IMG/VR virus record: IMGVR_UViG_3300047481_001036
Length of the DNA: 64,000 bases
Strand: one strand, 5' to 3'
From: a virus
The position numbers and the translations under genes are program-made. The notes beneath the pieces are model-generated. The model did not search any database and was not told the DNA's origin. It saw only the letters and a program-made list of their open reading frames with translations. Shown here piece by piece: positions 42,129 through 51,425 of this stretch. Every line of letters begins with the position of its first letter. The first letter of the stretch is position 1.

Positions 42129-44783
42129 ATGAAGTTGGCAGACAGGACAGTTGAAATTCATTCTGCGGGTATTCAGTCCGCTAATCAGTTTAGTATCGCA
42201 CAGACCAGCAAAATGTTTAAAATCCTTTCGGATTCTCTATATTCCGATAAGGTTATGGCGGTTATTCGTGAGTTGAGTACCAACGCTTACGACGCACATA
42301 TTGCTGCAAAAAATCAGAATCCTTTTAAGGTTACTCTACCAACACAAACAAATCCTTCTTTTACAGTAAGAGACTTTGGCACTGGTCTTAGTCAGGCCGA
42401 TATGGAGGAATTGTATACCACATACGGAGCCTCTAACAAAAACGATAGCAATGATTTTGTTGGTTGTCTTGGTCTTGGTAGTAAAAGCCCGTTTGCTTAT
42501 ACCAAGAGCTTTAGTACTATTTCTTATTATAATGGTAAGAAGCTCTCTTATATCGCCGCTATGGATGAATCTGGGGTTCCTAGTCTGAATCTTATTAAAG
42601 TATCAGATACTAGTGAACCTAATGGTCTTGAAATTAGTTTTGCTGTAAAACAATTTGATTTTCATGAGTTTACATCTAAGGCAAAGAGAATCTTTCATTA
42701 TTTCAAACTTAAGCCGATCATTAATGGCGGTGTTTGCTCATCGGTAAATGATGGTTCTTATTCTCATACCAATATTGTAATCGATGGTAAGGGATGGAAG
42801 ATTGGTCGAGTTAGTAACGACCATACTAAATATCCTAGCAGTCATAATAGTCCCGGTAGTGGTGTTGTTGCTATCATGGGTAATATTGCATATCCAGTAG
42901 ATTCTAGCAAGATTATTGGTGAGGAAAGGCCAGATCAACCAGACCACATTCAGAAGTGGAATAGAGCCTTTGGTAAGGCAGACGTTGATAACTGGAAGCA
43001 TCTAGTTCAAGAGATTCTTAATGCTGGATTGTATCTTGAGATCCAATTTGGTATTGGTGAACTAGAAATGGATGTAAGCAGAGAGGGTTTGCAGTATACC
43101 AAGCAAGTTATCAAAGCACTCAGAGAAAAAACTCAAGATATTTATTTGCAACTTAAACAGGATATGAGCGATAAGTTGTCTACTGCCAAGAATTTGGTCG
43201 AGGCTTATCAAACATATTATAATCTGAGTGATCTTGCTGGAGGCTGGACTGCTGGTGCATCTTGGAAAGACCCTAATGGCAAGACGCATGAGTTGCAGTC
43301 TGGAAAAGATCTAGAGTATACTCTTAAAAAGAGTAAGCAATTGTATGTGTTTAACTTTAGAACTGCTGGTTATCGCTCTCGCAGAATGGTTTATCTAACG
43401 GACAAAATCCATTCTGAAACATTGAATGGTAAAGGTGCGTATTACTGGCAGAATAACCGTAAGACCAATCCTATTGCTTTCTTTGTTTGTGATGTTAAGG
43501 GAGAAGAGTCTGCTAAGAAGATCGTGACAAAGTATTGTAATCAGAATGATTGCTATGCTTATCTAATGATTGATAGCGACCATCCAGAAGATTCATCTGA
43601 AGGTTTTGATAAGATCGTCGCTGATATTGGGGGCGAATCAAATCTACTTAAAGTATCGGATTATCGTAGTCTGCTGGCTAGTGTAAACCCCCGTAAAAGC
43701 AGGGGTTCTACCGGAACTATTAGTAAGGATGAAATCTTTGCTATTACTGATCTAGGAGCAGATAAGGATTGCAAGGTCTTGGGCGGAAATGATCTTAATG
43801 ATTCTGGCTTCCTAAAGGAACTGTCAGAAACTCTAGTAGACTATATCGAAGATGGGGATAATGAGATTGTATATATTCCGATTGTTAGATATTCTTCTGT
43901 TGAAGGTTATCCTGCTATCAACAAAATTGTTGCTCTTGCTCGGGACGAAAATATCGTTATCGGTAAGAAACTTTTTGATAGTCAGAAGATTTTTGCGATC
44001 AAGCAAAGTTCGGTTGATAAACTCAAGAAAAATGGTATCAATCTGGTAACTTTTAATGAATGGTTTAAAAAGTATGTGCAGAAGATTGAATCTAAACTCT
44101 CAGAAAGTGTTTCAGTATACAAAGATGTGATCGAGTATTGTCAAAAAGAGTTTGAGAGTAACGATCCTGCTTATAACGGCGGTTATTACTACGGTTGTAA
44201 GCAATCAGATAGACAGATTATGTATCATATCTTTAATATTTTTGGTTTGGATTATGCCAAGCATATTAAGAATCAGGATATGATTGAATTGATTGACCAA
44301 TGGCTTCTGATAGAGTTCTTTACTGATACTATCAATAAAGATCAATTTGATATCAGAAGGTTTGATAAAACAGAATACTTTGTTTTGTTGACCAAGATAC
44401 TGGCTAAATATGAACTTAACGGACTTGATCCTGCAAAAATTAGGACTAATCATATTAGTCTAAAGGTGTTGCATCATAAGTTGTCCGATATGTACGGTGC
44501 TGAAACCAACCCTATAACAAAGTCCTTGTCTCATAAGAGCAATTCTAATATTGTAGCCAAATTGCCGAAGATGAGCGAACTGAGAAAAAATCTTAAAGAA
44601 CAGGTTGACAAAGCACCGATGTTGAAGTATATTGTGGGTGTGAGCGAGACTAATGGTAATATCCGAAGTCTCCATAGTCAGAATCCTATCAAGGCTTTTT
44701 CCGATAGTTATAGAGGCAAGCCGGAATGGGTTTCTAAAATTGATGCGGAAGCATTTAGACAAAGTTTGGGTAGTTTGATTTAA
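42129..44783 (+). CDS. rIIA: rIIA-like protein (N-terminal GHKL/HATPase)
   Basis: LYSDK..VIRELSTNAYDAH, VRDFGTGL, GCLGLGSKSPFAY, SREGL; paired with rIIB. Confidence 0.88.
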   Translation: MKLADRTVEIHSAGIQSANQFSIAQTSKMFKILSDSLYSDKVMAVIRELSTNAYDAHIAAKNQNPFKVTLPTQTNPSFTVRDFGTGLSQADMEELYTTYGASNKNDSNDFVGCLGLGSKSPFAYTKSFSTISYYNGKKLSYIAAMDESGVPSLNLIKVSDTSEPNGLEISFAVKQFDFHEFTSKAKRIFHYFKLKPIINGGVCSSVNDGSYSHTNIVIDGKGWKIGRVSNDHTKYPSSHNSPGSGVVAIMGNIAYPVDSSKIIGEERPDQPDHIQKWNRAFGKADVDNWKHLVQEILNAGLYLEIQFGIGELEMDVSREGLQYTKQVIKALREKTQDIYLQLKQDMSDKLSTAKNLVEAYQTYYNLSDLAGGWTAGASWKDPNGKTHELQSGKDLEYTLKKSKQLYVFNFRTAGYRSRRMVYLTDKIHSETLNGKGAYYWQNNRKTNPIAFFVCDVKGEESAKKIVTKYCNQNDCYAYLMIDSDHPEDSSEGFDKIVADIGGESNLLKVSDYRSLLASVNPRKSRGSTGTISKDEIFAITDLGADKDCKVLGGNDLNDSGFLKELSETLVDYIEDGDNEIVYIPIVRYSSVEGYPAINKIVALARDENIVIGKKLFDSQKIFAIKQSSVDKLKKNGINLVTFNEWFKKYVQKIESKLSESVSVYKDVIEYCQKEFESNDPAYNGGYYYGCKQSDRQIMYHIFNIFGLDYAKHIKNQDMIELIDQWLLIEFFTDTINKDQFDIRRFDKTEYFVLLTKILAKYELNGLDPAKIRTNHISLKVLHHKLSDMYGAETNPITKSLSHKSNSNIVAKLPKMSELRKNLKEQVDKAPMLKYIVGVSETNGNIRSLHSQNPIKAFSDSYRGKPEWVSKIDAEAFRQSLGSLI

Positions 44784-44809
44784 TTTCACAGGAAAACAGG
44801 AGAAGAATA

Positions 44810-45670
44810 ATGAGTGTTCCTTTTATGTGGGTTGACGGTAATCTGACTCTGATCCTTAATAATAAGGCTCATCAGATTCTTCCAGATCACCTTAATTATA
44901 AGCTGATTATGGAAAGGCTGAGTTCTGCTACGGAAGATGAATTGCTGGAGTTGGTGGATATTGAAAGTGCCGTAGCATCATTTAGTGATGGTGCTGTAGA
45001 GGTTAAGAATGGCAAGGTGTTCTATGATGGCGAAGAAGTTCATGGTGCTATCAGCAAGCGTATTCTTGAGTTTATGAGCAAGGGTCTGCCTTTCCAGCCG
45101 CTTGTTAATTTTCTCAATAATCTGATGGACAATCCAAGTATGCAGAGCCAGACAGAACTATATGATTTTCTTGAGCATCAATATCTGCCGATTACTGAGG
45201 ATGGTCACTTTCTAGCATATAAGGCAGTACGCAGCGATTATATGGATAAGTATCGTGGTACATTTGATAATCATGTTGGTAATGTTTGTGAAATGAAACG
45301 AGCAAAGGTTGACGATAATCGCGGAGTTGGTTGCTCTCAGGGTCTTCACGCTGGGGCTTTGAATTATGTTGCTGGCTATGGTAGTGTCGAGGCCGGTGAT
45401 AAGATTGTTATTGTTAAGATTAATCCCAAGGATGTTGTTAGTGTTCCCAATGACTGCAACTGCGAAAAACTTCGTACTTGCAGATATGAAGTAGTTGGAG
45501 AATATCAAGGTGAACTTCTTAAGCCACTCTATAAGAGCGACTTTAGTGAAGATGAATACTATGATGAAGAAGAGAGTCTTTATGACGAATATGACAATGA
45601 TTATTGGGATCAGTTCTATGAGGACGATGATGAAGAAGAAGATGATTACGAAGACGAAGATCAGTATTGA
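44810..45670 (+). CDS. rIIB: rIIB-like protein with acidic tail
   Basis: NPS...ELYDFL...ITEDGHFLAYKAV, CSQGLH, VVSVP.D...KLRTCRYEVV. Confidence 0.88.
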   Translation: MSVPFMWVDGNLTLILNNKAHQILPDHLNYKLIMERLSSATEDELLELVDIESAVASFSDGAVEVKNGKVFYDGEEVHGAISKRILEFMSKGLPFQPLVNFLNNLMDNPSMQSQTELYDFLEHQYLPITEDGHFLAYKAVRSDYMDKYRGTFDNHVGNVCEMKRAKVDDNRGVGCSQGLHAGALNYVAGYGSVEAGDKIVIVKINPKDVVSVPNDCNCEKLRTCRYEVVGEYQGELLKPLYKSDFSEDEYYDEEESLYDEYDNDYWDQFYEDDDEEEDDYEDEDQY

Positions 45671-45677
45671 TCTTTAA

Positions 45678-45800
45678 TAAGGAGACGATTGTCTGGCGAC
45701 AAGTCCGAATGAGGCGGCAGTTCGATTCTGCAACACTAAATGGTGTGTCTGGGTAACGGCTCGACTGGAATATAAGGTTCGATTCCTTAATCGTCTTTTA
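45678..45800 (+). ncRNA. tRNA-like structured RNA with two T-loops
   Basis: Closing stem AGACGAT/ATCGTCT abutting TAAGG-TTCGATT-CCTTA; second GCAG-TTCGATT-CTGC arm; no canonical cloverleaf. Confidence 0.65.
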
Positions 45801-45875
45801 CACAATATATTGACTCTGATAAGCATGGTGCTTATCCCAATATAAGTTTAGATGTAGTAGGAAACGGTGAAGATA

Positions 45876-47009
45876 ATGAGTAACGGTTTTAGTGATAATC
45901 TTGGTTTTAATCCTTTTGATAAGAGTAACAGTCATGCTGGAAAACGGCACGTTAATTCATGGTCTAGATTTCGACAGAAATTTTTAGATTCTTTTAAGCA
46001 AAGTCATATCTTTGTTTATAATGGTAATCCTCGTAAGAAGATTAGTAGTATGAACCATACTGGTGATTTAAATGAAGCTTTGCGGGCTAACGACAATAAC
46101 CATTCTGATGTTTACTTTTATGTAAATGGAGGTCGAAAACTATATGCTATCAAGCAATTTACTTGTTGCTTTTGTGATATGGATGCAGGCAGGGATAGTG
46201 AGGGCAAGTATTTTAAGCCTAGCGTTGTAATGACCAAAAAGAAGAAGTTCTTGGAAAAGATCAATAGTTTTCCTGTTAAACCTAGTTGGGTAATAGATAC
46301 TCGTAATGGCTATCAGTGCTATTGGATTTTTGACGATGCTAGTCGCAAGATTGTAGGCAGCAATAAAACTTTTTGGAATGGGTTACAGAAAAAGTTAGTT
46401 AACTATTTTGATGGTGATCCAAGAGCAATCAAACCTAATCAGATTTATCGTGTTCCGTATACTTGGTGGCGTAAGGAGTGGGAAAAGAAGGCTCCATATT
46501 TCACTAGCCTGCTTCCCGGTTCTACTGGTCAACCAGTTAATGTGGCAGATCTTAAAGGCGCATTAACCGGCCAGCCTGCTACTCTACAGATTATTCCTGA
46601 GAAGTGTAGCGACGAATGGTATAAGGGGTATGCTAAGGCTTATAACCAGAGTGATATTACTGGAGTTCCAGTATCGACTAATGTTGCTACTGATATCTTG
46701 AATAGTCTCCAAAATACACACGAATATAAGAGTTATGGGACTAAGATGCTTAATGGTCTTGAACGTGCCTATGGCGATCCCATGCCTGTGATGCCTGTGA
46801 GTGATGATACAGATGTTCTACAGACACTCTCAGGCGATGCTGGAGATGAAGATATAAATCTTGACGGTCAGCAGACCAAACTTTTAAAAACGGTCGTGGA
46901 GTTCCTTAATCAAGTGAGTACCCCACTCTATTTTAGTGGCAATCGTTTCCTAAGTAGTGCTGCTAAAGATCTTGCTAATCAAGTTAGTGATAAATTTTGT
47001 ATAGGATAA
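45876..47009 (+). CDS. RepB-like (AEP superfamily) primase-domain protein
   Basis: FCDMD, PSWVIDTRNGYQCYW, D...NQIYRVPYT.W.K. Confidence 0.65.
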   Translation: MSNGFSDNLGFNPFDKSNSHAGKRHVNSWSRFRQKFLDSFKQSHIFVYNGNPRKKISSMNHTGDLNEALRANDNNHSDVYFYVNGGRKLYAIKQFTCCFCDMDAGRDSEGKYFKPSVVMTKKKKFLEKINSFPVKPSWVIDTRNGYQCYWIFDDASRKIVGSNKTFWNGLQKKLVNYFDGDPRAIKPNQIYRVPYTWWRKEWEKKAPYFTSLLPGSTGQPVNVADLKGALTGQPATLQIIPEKCSDEWYKGYAKAYNQSDITGVPVSTNVATDILNSLQNTHEYKSYGTKMLNGLERAYGDPMPVMPVSDDTDVLQTLSGDAGDEDINLDGQQTKLLKTVVEFLNQVSTPLYFSGNRFLSSAAKDLANQVSDKFCIG

Positions 47010-47016
47010 TATTATT

Positions 47017-47454
47017 ATGAATGAAGATTACGGTTATGATTATGATTATGAGGATGACGACGATTATAATCATAGTCAGGACGATCTAGAGAGTCAGTAC
47101 AAAAAATTTTACTTCAAGTTTGATCCAACAGCATGGGATACTTGGGCTAAATGGATGCAAGAGGCTCTTAATGATGTCGTACAATCTTCACCAAATATAT
47201 GGTATGTTATGCCAGAAATGTCGGGCATACCTCCTAAGTCGTTACCTGTGAATAGTTATTTCTCCAATACTGGTAAAGAATACTCTTCTTGCCAGTATTT
47301 GGGGATTAACTATCAACATCAGGAAGTATGGAAATCAAAATATTTTGTTTATAATCCAATAAATACAGAATATTCATTACATATACAATCCCACGCTAGA
47401 CATTTTTTACAACAACCAAATTATTACAAGGGTCTATTCGATATTCTTAACTAG
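47017..47454 (+). CDS. hypothetical protein, acidic N-terminus
   Basis: 145-aa ORF in operon. Confidence 0.7.
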   Translation: MNEDYGYDYDYEDDDDYNHSQDDLESQYKKFYFKFDPTAWDTWAKWMQEALNDVVQSSPNIWYVMPEMSGIPPKSLPVNSYFSNTGKEYSSCQYLGINYQHQEVWKSKYFVYNPINTEYSLHIQSHARHFLQQPNYYKGLFDILN

Positions 47455-47468
47455 AAAGTATTTGTATT

Positions 47469-47885
47469 ATGACAGATTTATTTGTGATTAAAGATGTAAA
47501 TCATTTTATTGATAGTACCCGTAAATTAGTATTTAATAGCTTTGGAAAAGAAGCTTCTTCTAACGAGTCTGTAGATAAGGTTTTATTTGAGGATATGTCG
47601 CCAGCAGACATAGAGGAAATGAATAAAGTTCTGAGTGTTTCAGAAACGCAAATGATTGTAAAAAATCATCTGAAAAAACAAAGAAACAAATCAACCGGAG
47701 AAACTAGATACATATTGACAGAACCGGGGTTTTGTGATATAGTAGAAGATCTTAATTCTAGAATGGTTAGCAACTTACTTAGAGAACTAGCTGCCAAAGG
47801 CATGATAGAATCAGCATATGATTCTGAACTAAATGACTTTGTATTTTGGATTAAAGATGATGAATCAACAAAAAAAGATAATTAG
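47469..47885 (+). CDS. hypothetical protein, paralog of 28887-29276
   Basis: Shared LA..(G/D).IE.A(Y/W)D.E.N(D/E).VFW C-terminal motif. Confidence 0.7.
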   Translation: MTDLFVIKDVNHFIDSTRKLVFNSFGKEASSNESVDKVLFEDMSPADIEEMNKVLSVSETQMIVKNHLKKQRNKSTGETRYILTEPGFCDIVEDLNSRMVSNLLRELAAKGMIESAYDSELNDFVFWIKDDESTKKDN

Positions 47886-48270
47886 AAAAATTAAGCCATG
47901 TGATATTGATGTTCATTTTAAATACAAATGTTCGAATGAAGAATGTGGTATCGAACACTGGCTTTTGTTAAATGAAGCAAGAACTAAAAACTTTAAAGTC
48001 GTATGTGAATGTGGAAATATTTATATTCCTAAAAGAGTATCTAAGCTACTTATTAAGTATGCTAACTCTACGACAAAGAAAACAGATACAAAACTAAAGC
48101 TGTCTAGTGATATTCTAAAAACATGTATAAGTATATTACAAAAGTATGGTTTTGATAAAAAAGAATCAGAGAAGCTTATACAAAAAGCTTTTGAACAAAG
48201 CGGTAATACTGAAACAGGTTCCTTAATTAAATTGGCTTTACAATTATTTGGAGATAATAACAATGTCTAA
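47857..48270 (+). CDS. Zn-ribbon protein with RuvA C-terminal (domain III)-like helix bundle
   Basis: C....C / CEC motifs; L..YGF...E...LI.........SLIKLALQ; overlaps ruvB start. Confidence 0.65.
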   Translation: MMNQQKKIIRKIKPCDIDVHFKYKCSNEECGIEHWLLLNEARTKNFKVVCECGNIYIPKRVSKLLIKYANSTTKKTDTKLKLSSDILKTCISILQKYGFDKKESEKLIQKAFEQSGNTETGSLIKLALQLFGDNNNV

Positions 48271-49147
48271 TGGTATTCGTCCTACATCGTTTGATGAGAT
48301 TGTTGGTCAAAGTGATGTTATAAGCAGACTCAAAGTGTCTGTGGTGGGCTGTAAAAACACTAATACGGTGATGCCTCACGTTTTAATAGACGGCCCTCCT
48401 GGGCTTGGTAAAACCACCATAGCGGGTGCTATAGCAAAGGAATTGGGGGTCAACCTATATACTACTAATGCCGCAAATATACGTAGTGTTAAAAATATTA
48501 TGCCTTATTTGCTAGGTATAGCTCCTAGATCAGTATTGTTTATCGATGAGATTCATAGACTTCCTAAATTAGTAGAAGAATTTTTATATCCGGTTATGGA
48601 AGACTTTATGTTAACTATTTCTACTGAAGATAAACCAGAACAAATAGATTTACCAGCTTTTACTGTAGTAGGAGCAACAACTAGTGGAGGAAGTCTAAGT
48701 CAGCCATTTTATGATAGATTTAGTATTAAAGAACACTTGTGTTTTTATAATGACGATGATTTAGCTAAACTAGCAAAGTTGAACTGTGAAAAGCTATCTA
48801 TTACTATTAATGATGAAGATCTATTAGAGATAGCCAAAAGAAGCAAGGGTACTCCTAGAATTTTAAATTCCAGATTACAGTGGTATAGAAATTATACTAG
48901 TTGTCACGGAGATGGTGATTCTATATCAAAAATTTATAGCCTTCAAGGCATAGACGAAAATGGTCTGGATACTTATGATAGAATGTATATGGAAGTACTT
49001 AAGAAAAATAAAAACAATCCTTTAGGTCTCAAAGCCATATCTTCTATGACAGGTATTGCTATAGACACTATTGAAAATAGCATTGAACCATTTTTAGTAC
49101 GTAAAGGATTAGTTATGCGTACTCAAAAAGGACGAGTATTATCTTAA
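48263..49147 (+). CDS. ruvB: Holliday junction branch migration ATPase RuvB
   Basis: IRP..FDEIVGQ, GPPGLGKTT, LFIDEIHRL, GATT, DRF, SKGTPR, EPFL...RT.KGR. Confidence 0.95.
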   Translation: MSNGIRPTSFDEIVGQSDVISRLKVSVVGCKNTNTVMPHVLIDGPPGLGKTTIAGAIAKELGVNLYTTNAANIRSVKNIMPYLLGIAPRSVLFIDEIHRLPKLVEEFLYPVMEDFMLTISTEDKPEQIDLPAFTVVGATTSGGSLSQPFYDRFSIKEHLCFYNDDDLAKLAKLNCEKLSITINDEDLLEIAKRSKGTPRILNSRLQWYRNYTSCHGDGDSISKIYSLQGIDENGLDTYDRMYMEVLKKNKNNPLGLKAISSMTGIAIDTIENSIEPFLVRKGLVMRTQKGRVLS

Positions 49148-49192
49148 TATAAAATATTAATCTTACGATTACTAAGAATACTAATTATAAAA

Positions 49193-49220
49193 GGGGGCAT
49201 TATTGCCCCCTTTTTCTTTT
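49193..49220 (+). terminator. intrinsic terminator (possibly bidirectional)
   Basis: GGGGGCA-ttat-TGCCCCC followed by a T-tract, preceded by an A-tract. Confidence 0.85.
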
Positions 49221-49251
49221 TGTGTAATGGTGTAAATGTTACTGGAGGCTA

Positions 49252-49569
49252 TTGACTATGGAGATGCTATTGTCTATATTGACCATAATATTATTATTTA
49301 ATTTAGTATTTATAGCTGGTATTTATATCGGTTTAAATTATAATAGTCAGCCTAATTTTGGGAGTCAGTCAGCTATTAGTAAAGCTACTAAGTCAAAAAA
49401 TACAAATAGTAGTAATACTATAAGCAAAATATCTATTGATGATACCAAATATGTAACTAAAATTAATACAGATAATCTTGAAAAAAAATATGAAGACATC
49501 ACTTCTATAAAAGAATCACAAGAAACAATTGAAAGTTCTGTAAATAAACTTAAAACACTAAAAGGTTAA
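49252..49569 (+). CDS. single-pass membrane protein
   Basis: N-terminal TM helix, helical C-terminus. Confidence 0.65.
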   Translation: MTMEMLLSILTIILLFNLVFIAGIYIGLNYNSQPNFGSQSAISKATKSKNTNSSNTISKISIDDTKYVTKINTDNLEKKYEDITSIKESQETIESSVNKLKTLKG

Positions 49570-49576
49570 TTAAATT

Positions 49577-50578
49577 ATGGCAAAAGGATTAGATGTAGGT
49601 ACTAGTTTTATAGTGTTATCTCAAGAGGACAACGGGAAAATAGTCTATAAAGACTTTAGAGATGCATTTTATACTATTAGTCCAACAACTCCTGTAGCAT
49701 CTAAGATGATAGAAAAAGGTTTAGCTGGTAAAATTTTTATCAAAGATAAAGACGGTTCATTTATTTTACTAGGTCAAGATGCTATCGATAAAGCTATTGA
49801 AAGAAATGATAATGCTAAAAGACCTATGAGCAAGGGGGTCGTATCTGCTAAAGAAAAGAATGCTAAAAGAGTTTTAGCATTTATATTAAAAGAAGTGGCT
49901 GGACAAGCAAAAGAACCAAATGAAAAACTTGTGTTTTGTGTTCCAGCACAACCAGTAGACCAAGAAGATGAAGATTTTGATATAGGATATCATGAAGATG
50001 TAGTTAAGTCTATTTTATCAGAATCAGGATACTCTGTAATTTCTATTAATGAAGCAGAAGCTTTGTGTTATGCTGAATTAGAGGGTGAGGATTACACTGG
50101 TATAGGAATAAGTTGTGGGGCCGGGATGACCAACGTATGTGTAATGTTAAATGGTGAGCCTACAGTAGTCTTTAGCACAACCAAATCCGGAGATTGGATC
50201 GACCGCATGAGTGCTGTGGCTACAGGAGAAAAAGATAGTGTTGTACAAGCCGAAAAAGAAAATGGTGGTTTTGTGATTGGAGAACATAATGAAAATCCTG
50301 TTTTAGCGGCGGTATCCTCTTATTATGAAAGATTAATAGATTATACTACTAAACATTTATCTTTAGCATTAACAGATCATAAATTATTACCAAAATTTAA
50401 AAATCCATTAAAAATTGTTGTTGCTGGTGGTACGTCTCAGGCTCGTGGATATATTGATATTTTTAGTCAAAAGCTTGTAACAAATAAATTTCCTTTAACG
50501 ATAAAAGAAGTTGTTCATGCTCCGGATCCTCTACACGCTGTTTCTAAAGGTTGTCTGATAGCCTCTAAAATATTATAA
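49577..50578 (+). CDS. actin-fold ATPase (MreB/FtsA/volactin-like)
   Basis: GLDVGTS phosphate-1, NEAEA, SCGAGMTN phosphate-2, VVAGGTS adenosine motif. Confidence 0.82.
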   Translation: MAKGLDVGTSFIVLSQEDNGKIVYKDFRDAFYTISPTTPVASKMIEKGLAGKIFIKDKDGSFILLGQDAIDKAIERNDNAKRPMSKGVVSAKEKNAKRVLAFILKEVAGQAKEPNEKLVFCVPAQPVDQEDEDFDIGYHEDVVKSILSESGYSVISINEAEALCYAELEGEDYTGIGISCGAGMTNVCVMLNGEPTVVFSTTKSGDWIDRMSAVATGEKDSVVQAEKENGGFVIGEHNENPVLAAVSSYYERLIDYTTKHLSLALTDHKLLPKFKNPLKIVVAGGTSQARGYIDIFSQKLVTNKFPLTIKEVVHAPDPLHAVSKGCLIASKIL

Positions 50579-50599
50579 TTTAATCAATAGAAATTAATT

Positions 50600-51421
50600 A
50601 TGACTAATAAATTAAATCAATTTTTAAAAAATAAAATTAAGTCAGAGTGCTGTCCAGAACCTCCTTTTGAGATAACACCTGATCCAACACCTTCTAGAAC
50701 GCCTGATCGCAGTCCTACGCCTACTCCTTCTATTACTGCTTCTCCAACTAAAACTAAAACGCCGACACCAACCAGAACTAGTACTCAAACAAATACTCCT
50801 ACTAAAACACCAACATCAACAGTAACTCCGACTAGAACTCCGAGCAATACTCCCACAAATACTGTTACTCCTACAAAAACACCAACCTCTAGTGTCACTC
50901 CTACTAATAGTGCAACCCCGACTAATACACCCACTAAAACACCAACTAAAACACCAACCACAACTGCTACTAGCTCTGTTACTCCAACTAAAACACCAAC
51001 ACCTACTAGAACTAGCACCTCAACTGTTACTCCAACATTATCTATTTCAGTATCTCCTACTCCATCTATTACAGCAACATTAACTTCTACTCCAACACGT
51101 AGTCCAACTAGAACAGCGACCCCTACACCTACAAGAACAGTAACTCCTAGTATTACTAGCTCATTAACAGCTACTCCTACTACTACTCCTACAAATACTC
51201 CTACGAATACTCCTAGTGTAAGTATTAGTCCTAGTGTTACTCCTAGCTTAAGTGTAAGTGTATCTATTACGCCAACATCTACTCCTACACAATCATTAAC
51301 TCCTACAAAAACAGCTACTCCAACACGTAGTCCAACAAGAACACCGACACCATCGCCCACACCGGAACCAACCCCGTCACCATCTTATATTATAGCACAG
51401 ACAATTAACTTTATTCCATAG
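50600..51421 (+). CDS. Thr/Pro/Ser-rich mucin-like protein
   Basis: About 230 aa of TPT(K/R/N)TP repeats. Confidence 0.75.
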   Translation: MTNKLNQFLKNKIKSECCPEPPFEITPDPTPSRTPDRSPTPTPSITASPTKTKTPTPTRTSTQTNTPTKTPTSTVTPTRTPSNTPTNTVTPTKTPTSSVTPTNSATPTNTPTKTPTKTPTTTATSSVTPTKTPTPTRTSTSTVTPTLSISVSPTPSITATLTSTPTRSPTRTATPTPTRTVTPSITSSLTATPTTTPTNTPTNTPSVSISPSVTPSLSVSVSITPTSTPTQSLTPTKTATPTRSPTRTPTPSPTPEPTPSPSYIIAQTINFIP

Positions 51422-51425
51422 TTTT

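Noticed and set aside
45678-45800. Canonical tRNA gene
   Set aside because: No proper D-arm/anticodon-arm geometry, two T-arms and no CCA.
41690-47080. Acidic tracts (41505 ORF, rIIB tail, 47017 ORF) as DNA mimics
   Set aside because: Low-complexity acidic tails are common in phage proteins, and there is no further support.
296-48263. Numerous short minus-strand and nested ORFs in the ORF track (e.g. 296-487, 1825-2094, 18117-18443, 31551-32012, 38608-39003, 44460-44789)
   Set aside because: They are antisense or out-of-frame shadows of better-supported plus-strand genes and have no RBS or motifs.
50785-51360. 191-aa Val/Gly-rich minus-strand ORF
   Set aside because: It is the antisense mirror of the Thr/Pro repeat codons.
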